Shown here: piece after piece, positions 38,475 through 44,587 of the stretch
How positions within the stretch are numbered: the stretch's first letter is position 1
Layout of the letters: each line of letters opens with the position of its first letter
Origin: Ignavibacteriales bacterium
Lineage (GTDB): Bacteria > Bacteroidota > Ignavibacteria > UBA10030 > UBA6906
Direction: 5' to 3'
NCBI GenBank assembly: GCA_037441705.1
Contig: JBBIRR010000034.1
Span: forward strand, 1-44,587
DNA: 44,587 nt
Made by a program: the position numbers and the translations under genes
The notes under the pieces: model-generated
Told to the model about the DNA's origin: nothing
Seen by the model: the letters and a program-made list of their open reading frames with translations, nothing else
The model's database searches: none

Positions 38475-39242
38475 ATGAAAAACGGGGCAGAGCAAGTGGC
38501 GAACGTGGAAACAACGCCAACAGCGTACGGACGCCCTGAATTGAAAAGCGCGTTTCAGCGCAACTTTGTTCGCGGCATGCTGATTTCGTTCGTGCTTCAC
38601 TTTGCGCTGCTCGGGACGTATTACCTTGTCCAGTACCTTGGCGAAAGCGATGACGATATTCCGACGGTGAGCGTCCGCATTCTGAAGTACAGCGATCTGG
38701 GGCCGCCGCCCTCGATTGCGGCAGTGCCGCCGCCTCCGGCTATCGGCGTCACCGCGGCGGTAAAGCCTTCGATCGGCGTTCCTGTCCCCGTGCCGGATGC
38801 TGAGGCTTCTGCCGAACAGACACTCGCAACGCAGGCAGAGTTAAGCGCAACACCATCACCTGCACTTGAGCAGGGTGCCGAGGGCGGCGATGTGCAGGTG
38901 CAGCAGGATATCGTGATCGCGCCCGAAGACGAGCCGGGCATGGATGAGTTCATCCCTGTTGAAAAGCAACCGCAGATCGTCAAGCGCGTGATTCCGAAGT
39001 ACCCGGACATGGCGCTGCGTGCAGGCCTCGAGGGGACGGTGTGGGTAAAGATTCTGGTGGATAAGGACGGCCTGCCCAAGAAAGCCGTCGTCGTGAAATC
39101 TACCGCCGAGTTGTTCAATGATGCGGCGATTCAGGCGGCGATGGGTTTTGTCTTCACCCCTGCCGTCATGAACAACGGCCCCGTAAAAGTGTGGGTCTCG
39201 ATTCCCTTTAAGTTCCTGCTGAAGGATGCACAATCGAGCTGA
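38475..39242 (+). CDS. tonB: Energy transducer TonB
   Basis: YGRPELK, single TM helix, Pro-rich linker, C-terminal PKYPDMALRAGLEGTVWVKILVDKDG...FTPA..NGPVKVWVSIPFKF; GGAGG RBS. Confidence 0.88.
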   Translation: MKNGAEQVANVETTPTAYGRPELKSAFQRNFVRGMLISFVLHFALLGTYYLVQYLGESDDDIPTVSVRILKYSDLGPPPSIAAVPPPPAIGVTAAVKPSIGVPVPVPDAEASAEQTLATQAELSATPSPALEQGAEGGDVQVQQDIVIAPEDEPGMDEFIPVEKQPQIVKRVIPKYPDMALRAGLEGTVWVKILVDKDGLPKKAVVVKSTAELFNDAAIQAAMGFVFTPAVMNNGPVKVWVSIPFKFLLKDAQSS

Positions 39243-39275
39243 GCGCCAAGCGCAGCAGCGTAAAGGAGATTGAAC

Positions 39276-39623
39276 ATGGCAACACACGATGAAATCTGGC
39301 AGGCGCTGCAAGAGCGGGTCTGCGTGAAGTGTCTCGATGGCAACGGGTTGGGCGACTGTCGCATTGCGCAGGATGGATTCTGTGCGCTGAAGGCATACCT
39401 CCCCGCCATCATAGACGTTGTAGATTCCGTCCAGAGTTCTTCCATCCTTCCGTACGAAGAGCAACTGCGATTGAAAGTCTGCAGCAGATGCAAGAACCAG
39501 TCGAGCAACGGCGAGTGCGTTCTGCGCCGCTACGTTGATTGCGCCCTCGATCGCTACTTCCCATTGATTGTGGAGGTGATCGAAGAAATGCAGCGCCGCA
39601 CGATGCCCGTCGGCGTGTCGTGA
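39276..39623 (+). CDS. Small Cys-rich protein with duplicated CX2CX8CX7C module
   Basis: AAAGGAG RBS; CVKC-x8-C-x7-CAL and CSRC-x8-C-x7-CAL. Confidence 0.7.
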   Translation: MATHDEIWQALQERVCVKCLDGNGLGDCRIAQDGFCALKAYLPAIIDVVDSVQSSSILPYEEQLRLKVCSRCKNQSSNGECVLRRYVDCALDRYFPLIVEVIEEMQRRTMPVGVS

Positions 39624-39654
39624 ATGGCGATGAGAAGGGACAGGAGGGTTCATC

Positions 39655-39924
39655 GTGATCATCTTCCTCTTCATTCTGAGTTTTCTGGTCAACTTCATCG
39701 CAATCACGATGGCTTTGCCCACCATCATTCATACGTATCAGCGGTACAGCCGCGGCAAGTTGGTGACGTGTCCCGAAAAGAACCAGCAGGCAACCATCGC
39801 GTTCGCTCCGAAGGTCGCGGCGATTTCTGCCGTATTCATTCCGAAAGAAATCCGCATCATCAAAGATTGCTCGCTGTGGCCGGCAGTGCAGTGCACGCGA
39901 GCGTGCCGATTGCAGGTGCAGTAG
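39655..39924 (+). CDS. Small membrane protein with four Cys
   Basis: AGGAGG RBS, GTG start, N-terminal TM helix, VTCPE...CSLWP-x3-C-x3-C. Confidence 0.6.
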   Translation: MIIFLFILSFLVNFIAITMALPTIIHTYQRYSRGKLVTCPEKNQQATIAFAPKVAAISAVFIPKEIRIIKDCSLWPAVQCTRACRLQVQ

Positions 39925-40031
39925 CCCGGTTGCACGCCTCCCTCTAAATCCGTAGCTTGAGACACGCTCACGAGAAGAGAATTCGTGTCTCGATGCGTTT
40001 TTCGCGACGATAGAACCAACGAGGAGATTTC

Positions 40032-40397
40032 ATGCAGATTTACATTGGCAACCTCCCGGCCGATGTGACGGACGAGCAGTTGCGCGCGATGTTTCAGCAG
40101 TACGGAACGGTACGGGCAGCCACGCTGGGGCGGAACAAGAAAACAGGAGAATCCGAAGGCTATGGGTTTGTGGAGATGCCCGTGAAGTCCGAAGCCCGTG
40201 CCGCCATCGAGGCGCTGCGCGGGAAGGAGATGCAGGGGAAAGTGCTGCGCGTGCGTGCGATAAAACCCGGTGACGAGTTTCATCAATTCGCCCATACGCT
40301 TCATGCAAGTTCGCAGAAAGCGCCGAAGGGCTTCAATCCGGCGCAGCAGCCCCGCAACATGGGCGCGATTCGCCGCGGTGGTCAGCGCGGCACATGA
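40032..40397 (+). CDS. RRM-domain RNA-binding protein
   Basis: RNP2 IYIGNL and RNP1 EGYGFVEM; GAGGAG RBS. Confidence 0.92.
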   Translation: MQIYIGNLPADVTDEQLRAMFQQYGTVRAATLGRNKKTGESEGYGFVEMPVKSEARAAIEALRGKEMQGKVLRVRAIKPGDEFHQFAHTLHASSQKAPKGFNPAQQPRNMGAIRRGGQRGT

Positions 40398-40981
40398 TGC
40401 GCGGTCGCTCCATGAGTACGCCTTTCCGCGGTAGCTCAACATTCAGCTCGTCCGCGTGCAGGGTGCAGCACGCTGCACGTTTGTGGACGTCATGGTGCGC
40501 CGTCGCCCTCCTGTTCTTCATGCCGTCATCAGCTCAGGCAGCACCCGCGGACAAGGGAAAAGTCGCGATGCAGGTGACACTCGCGCAGGACAGGGTTCAT
40601 GCCGGTGCAACATGCACCGCGCTGGTCGTCCTCTCCATTGCCGACGGCTGGCATATCAACTCCGCAACTCCGTCAGACGAGGCGCTCATCGGTACGTCCG
40701 TCGAGGTCGCGAAGAATAACGTGCTTGACTCGACAGATGTCTCGTTCCCGCCGGGAATCGAGAGAGAGTTTGGCTACGCGGAGCAGCCTGTTGAAGTGTA
40801 CGAAGGCAGAGTCTCTATCCGCCTTACCCTCCATCTCTCCAAGAATGTAACGCCCGGAGAATACGTCATCCCAATCAGCGTAACGTATCAGGCGTGCAGC
40901 GAGAGCGTTTGCCTCGCTCCGGCAACCGCTGCGGCTGACCTTCCGCTGCATGTCGTTCCTTCGTCGGAGTCAATTCGGTAG
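40394..40981 (+). CDS. Stand-alone DsbD N-terminal-like (protein-disulfide reductase) domain protein
   Basis: Signal-like segment, IADGWHINS, VYEG and YQACSESVCLAP (CX4C) motifs; true start uncertain. Confidence 0.75.
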   Translation: MMRGRSMSTPFRGSSTFSSSACRVQHAARLWTSWCAVALLFFMPSSAQAAPADKGKVAMQVTLAQDRVHAGATCTALVVLSIADGWHINSATPSDEALIGTSVEVAKNNVLDSTDVSFPPGIEREFGYAEQPVEVYEGRVSIRLTLHLSKNVTPGEYVIPISVTYQACSESVCLAPATAAADLPLHVVPSSESIR

Positions 40982-41066
40982 ATAGGTGTGCAGTACCCCT
41001 CACCGGTTTTCTAGTCAGCTTCATGTTTGCTATATTTATGTATGAAGCAAGTAGAGATGACAATAC

Positions 41067-41612
41067 ATGCCAAATTACATACGGAATGCCCGAACCCCCT
41101 TTACTCTTCGAGGCGGCGAAACGATATACTCCATCCTGGATATCCAACTCCAGGATGGCCTGACGCTTTATGTTTTTCCTGGGTCACTCAGTCCAAACGA
41201 CATTTGGGTCAAGTATCGCAAGAACAGCTCACGAATCAGAACGCCCAAGCACATCCATTGGGCCGTCAACCTCTTGATCAAGAAGTTCTTGAACAGAGAA
41301 CTCACCAACTCCCTTCTCGGAGTTTTTCAGCTGTGTTGGGATGACGTTCAGGGACTTCCTGATAGAGATGCTGACTCTATTGTTGGAAGTTTGTCAATCG
41401 CTCAAAACCAAGAGCATCTTCGACAATTTGCACCTTTGAATGATTTGGGCTTTTTCAAAATCGACTTTCTCCTGCATTTGATGGAGTTGCTAATGTTGCA
41501 AGAGAAAACAAACAACCCAAATGCGTATATGTTCAAAGATGTTCTTGATGGACTTCTCAATTCCAGTGATCTCTACAAGATAATTTCAGCCGTTACTCAC
41601 ACGGGTAGATAA
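41067..41612 (+). CDS. Hypothetical protein at the head of the R-M-like island
   Basis: 181 aa AT-richer ORF, 5 bp upstream of the MTase; motif-like RTPKHIHW and QEKTN segments; family not recognised. Confidence 0.6.
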   Translation: MPNYIRNARTPFTLRGGETIYSILDIQLQDGLTLYVFPGSLSPNDIWVKYRKNSSRIRTPKHIHWAVNLLIKKFLNRELTNSLLGVFQLCWDDVQGLPDRDADSIVGSLSIAQNQEHLRQFAPLNDLGFFKIDFLLHLMELLMLQEKTNNPNAYMFKDVLDGLLNSSDLYKIISAVTHTGR

Positions 41613-41617
41613 GCCTC

Positions 41618-42538
41618 ATGTACCTGCTTGCAACCAAGGCAAAGCCGTTCCTCAAATGGGCCGGTGGCAAGGCTCAACTCCTTGAACAGATCATTGAACA
41701 CTTACCACCCGAACTCAAGCTTGGCAAGATTCAGCGATATGTTGAACCCTTCGTTGGAGGCGGCGCTCTGTTCTTCCATGTAGCTCAAGCATATGAAATC
41801 GACGAATTCTACATATCCGACGTGAACGAAGAACTCATTCTCGTCTATAAGACAATCAAGCAAAATGTCCACGAGCTAATACCTCTTCTCCACTCCATGG
41901 AGCGGAAGTATCATCGCCTTACACCCAATCGCCAGAAGGAATATTTTTATTCTGTTCGCTTTGAACTAAATGAAAATCGTCCATCAATCAATTACAATGA
42001 ATATAACGACTCGTGGGTTGAGCGCACCGCCCAAATCATTTTTCTCAATCGCACTTGTTACAATGGCCTGTTCAGGGTTAACTCGAGGGGCGAATTCAAC
42101 GTGCCCTTCGGGAAATATAAGAACCCATTGATCTGCTCTGAAGAGAATCTCCGGTCCGTCTCTGAGCTATTACAGCGTACTGAAATTCGTCTTGGCGACT
42201 TCTCTGATTGCGAATGTTTCGTTGACGCATCAACTTTCGTTTACTTCGACCCTCCATATCGGCCCATAAGCAAGACAGCAAGCTTTACCTCGTATTCACG
42301 GTACGACTTCAATGATACTGCTCAACTTCGACTCGCCTCCTTTTACAGATTGCTTCATCGAAAAGGTGCTAAACTAATGCTCAGTAACTCCGATCCCAAG
42401 AATGAAAATCCCAAGGATCATTTCTTTGATGAGGCCTACAAAGAATTCCGAATCGTACGTGTGAAAGCTAACCGAATGATCAACTGTAACGCCGAGAAAC
42501 GGGGGGCCATCAACGAGTTGCTTGTTCTGAACTACTGA
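41618..42538 (+). CDS. Dam/DpnM-type (D12 class) N6-adenine DNA methyltransferase
   Basis: KPFLKWAGGK, EPFVGGGA, FLNRTCYNGLFRVN..GEFNVPFG, DPPY and LSNS motifs. Confidence 0.93.
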   Translation: MYLLATKAKPFLKWAGGKAQLLEQIIEHLPPELKLGKIQRYVEPFVGGGALFFHVAQAYEIDEFYISDVNEELILVYKTIKQNVHELIPLLHSMERKYHRLTPNRQKEYFYSVRFELNENRPSINYNEYNDSWVERTAQIIFLNRTCYNGLFRVNSRGEFNVPFGKYKNPLICSEENLRSVSELLQRTEIRLGDFSDCECFVDASTFVYFDPPYRPISKTASFTSYSRYDFNDTAQLRLASFYRLLHRKGAKLMLSNSDPKNENPKDHFFDEAYKEFRIVRVKANRMINCNAEKRGAINELLVLNY

Positions 42539-42551
42539 GGGTCTCAAACAA

Positions 42552-42881
42552 ATGCCAAGAAGAAAGGATTACATTCAATCGCCCACTCATTGGAAAAAAA
42601 TGTACTCAAACCCATCTTTCAATGGGATGTGGCAAACGATTGATAAAGTTCCGATTGATTTTATCAAAGTCGACAAGTCTCTCCTTTCCTTTGCAAACGA
42701 GGTTGACACTTCACAAGTGTTGCATATGCTTGTCAACTTTGACCAAGAGCTTTGGATGCCAGTTCTTGTTGATCGAAACCTTTTCCTTCTTGACGGACAA
42801 CATAGGTTGGCGGTCGCACGGCAATTGTGTCTAAAATACATCGATGTTGTTGTCCAAACTGATGGCTATACAAGACCATAA
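42552..42881 (+). CDS. Small ParB/Srx N-terminal-like domain protein
   Basis: PVLVDRNLFLLDGQHRLAVARQL matches the ParB-like DGxHR motif; 109 aa with no HTH. Confidence 0.7.
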   Translation: MPRRKDYIQSPTHWKKMYSNPSFNGMWQTIDKVPIDFIKVDKSLLSFANEVDTSQVLHMLVNFDQELWMPVLVDRNLFLLDGQHRLAVARQLCLKYIDVVVQTDGYTRP

Positions 42882-42891
42882 TAATCCAAGA

Positions 42892-43497
42892 ATGGAACGA
42901 AACGAGGCAGTTCGAAGACTTAGGCAACTCGAAGGCAAAGACCTTAGAGAACTTGCCGACAAGTACCGAGTAACAGTTTGGAAATCAGGCAAGCTCAATA
43001 AAGGTTGGGCTGGCCACGTAATCGAACGGTACCTTGGGCTGCCAATCAATTCAGCACAATCTCCGAATTTTGGATCGTGGGAACTTAAGATTGTGCCACT
43101 GAAAAAACTCAAGTCAGGCGAAATTGTGGTCAAGGAAACGATGGCTATTACGATGATAGACCCAATAAACGTCCTAGCTAAATCCTTTGAAGAAAGCCAC
43201 CTCCTTGCCAAGCTCACTAAACAAGTCGTCTGTGCTCGATTGTTCGAGTCTAAACAGGAGCGTTCATCAAAACTCGTTCGAGTGGGTACCTTCGATTTGA
43301 GTAAACCTGAGATTTACAATCAAGTGAAAGCAGACTACGACCTTGTGAGGCGTACAATCCAGCGAGAAGGCTTTCATGCTCTCACGGGCAAGATGGGCGT
43401 GTTGGTTCAACCACGGACAAAAGGTCCCGGTCACGGTTCAACCTCGCGGGCGTTCTACGCTCGTAAAGAATTCGTCTCTCTCATTCTTGGTTTATGA
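42892..43497 (+). CDS. MutH/Sau3AI-family endonuclease-like protein
   Basis: NKGWAGHVIERYLGL..NS...PNF..WELKIVP, KETMAITM, IYNQVKADY and QPRTKG...RAFY motifs; ATG 42892. Confidence 0.8.
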   Translation: MERNEAVRRLRQLEGKDLRELADKYRVTVWKSGKLNKGWAGHVIERYLGLPINSAQSPNFGSWELKIVPLKKLKSGEIVVKETMAITMIDPINVLAKSFEESHLLAKLTKQVVCARLFESKQERSSKLVRVGTFDLSKPEIYNQVKADYDLVRRTIQREGFHALTGKMGVLVQPRTKGPGHGSTSRAFYARKEFVSLILGL

Positions 43498-43508
43498 TCC
43501 TTTCTTCT

Positions 43509-44384
43509 ATGGCGAGGGAACGTTCCAAACATATCCGCTACAAGAAACGCAACACAGCTACAAGTCTCATTGCAGAATCACTCTTTGGCTACGATACCAT
43601 CACCGGTGATAGTCCGAACGGCTTCACTCCCGAAACCACGACTGTCTGGGATTTCCCAGTTCGTGGTAACTGGGCAACCCACAAATCCGACTACCGAGGT
43701 AACTTTGCTCCACAGATCGCCCGGAACCTCATCCTTAACTACTCGAGGGAAGGAGAAGTTGTCCTCGACCCGATGGTTGGCAGTGGCACGACCTTGATTG
43801 AGGCCAGATTGCTTAATCGAAATGCGATTGGTTATGACATAAACCAAAAAGCTGTTGACATTACCAAGGAGCGGCTAGAATTCAAAGTGGACAACAACTC
43901 CACGCAGACAGTGGCAATCGGTGATGTGCGTAATCTTAACAACCACAAGGATAATTCTATCGATCTCATTATCACTCACCCACCGTATGCAAACATCGTT
44001 ACCTACTCAGACCGGAAAAACCCCAATGATCTCTCAAGTCTCTCAGGCATCCCGAAATTCCTCGACGAGCTTGAACTTGGCATTAAGGAACTCTTCCGAG
44101 TTCTCAAACCCAACCGCTACTGTGCCATCCTCATTGGCGACACACGCAAGGGCCAACACTATATTCCACTATCATACTTTGTCCTTGAACGATGTCTTCG
44201 GAACGGTTTTGCCTTGAAAGAAGAGATCATCAAGACCCAGCATAATACAAAGTATGCTCAGCGCTGGAAAGATAAGGCTAAGGATTTCAAGTTCTATCTG
44301 ATAATGCACGAGCACTTGTTTGTCTTCCGCAAACCGAAACCTGATGAAGACCTTTCAAGAATTCGTTACAGCATCCTCAGATAA
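43509..44384 (+). CDS. Amino (N4-C/N6-A) DNA methyltransferase with HPPY catalytic motif
   Basis: TTVWDFPVRGNWATH..YRGNFAPQI, DPMVGSGTT (motif I) before THPPY (motif IV), RVLKP and HEHLFVFRK; start 43494 or 43509. Confidence 0.85.
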   Translation: MARERSKHIRYKKRNTATSLIAESLFGYDTITGDSPNGFTPETTTVWDFPVRGNWATHKSDYRGNFAPQIARNLILNYSREGEVVLDPMVGSGTTLIEARLLNRNAIGYDINQKAVDITKERLEFKVDNNSTQTVAIGDVRNLNNHKDNSIDLIITHPPYANIVTYSDRKNPNDLSSLSGIPKFLDELELGIKELFRVLKPNRYCAILIGDTRKGQHYIPLSYFVLERCLRNGFALKEEIIKTQHNTKYAQRWKDKAKDFKFYLIMHEHLFVFRKPKPDEDLSRIRYSILR

Positions 44385-44429
44385 ACGGCGCCTTACCGAA
44401 CAGCCGCACCACACAGCGAAAGGAATCGC

Positions 44430-44587
44430 ATGACACGCCTTCTTTTTCTTTTCTTCATTCTCGTTTCCGTCTCAGCGGCGCAGCAGGATTCGGCGGCCTA
44501 CCGCGCTGCTACTGCCCTGACGCAATCGGAGGAAAGACTGCGTGCGCTCGAGAAGTTTGTGGCCGACTATCCTCAGAGCAAATTGCT
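44430..44587 (+). CDS. 5' part of a secreted protein (possibly TPR-like), truncated by the window
   Basis: AAAGGA RBS, ATG 44430; MTRLLFLFFILVSVSAAQQ signal peptide then LEKFVADYPQS; backbone-like GC content resumes. Confidence 0.6.
   Translation, partial: MTRLLFLFFILVSVSAAQQDSAAYRAATALTQSEERLRALEKFVADYPQSKL

Overview
A GC-rich bacterial chromosomal segment, probably from the Bacteroidota/Ignavibacteria (FCB) radiation; this is inferred from the SusC/SusD pair and is not certain. The centrepiece is an ~18 kb, 15-gene, co-oriented respiratory supercluster (20044-38033). It encodes nine multiheme c-cytochromes (86 CxxCH plus 3 longer CX3-4CH motifs, counted by hand) and five distinct quinone-interacting membrane modules: a fused CbcL-like c/b cytochrome, a split CbcL-like pair, an ImcH-like NapC/NirT protein, an octaheme/4Fe-4S/NrfD trio and a Rieske/cytochrome b/11-heme complex. 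It also encodes a tetraheme periplasmic carrier and a porin + dodecaheme + two lipoprotein cytochrome conduit, so it looks like a complete quinone-to-cell-surface electron wire in one locus. A recurring TTCCYAY-N2-RTRGGAA palindrome lies upstream of several of its transcription units. The left flank has two AT-richer PD-(D/E)xK nuclease genes with cassette-like boundary repeats, an XPB/Bax1-type pair, SusCD, an M28 peptidase, palindromic and short tandem repeats, and a group of exported Cys-Cys proteins with a TlpA. The right flank has TonB, two small Cys-rich proteins, an RRM protein, a DsbD N-domain protein and an AT-richer restriction-modification-like island (hypothetical, Dam-type MTase, ParB-like, MutH/Sau3AI-like, second MTase). 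All family calls are motif-based; no database searches were run.
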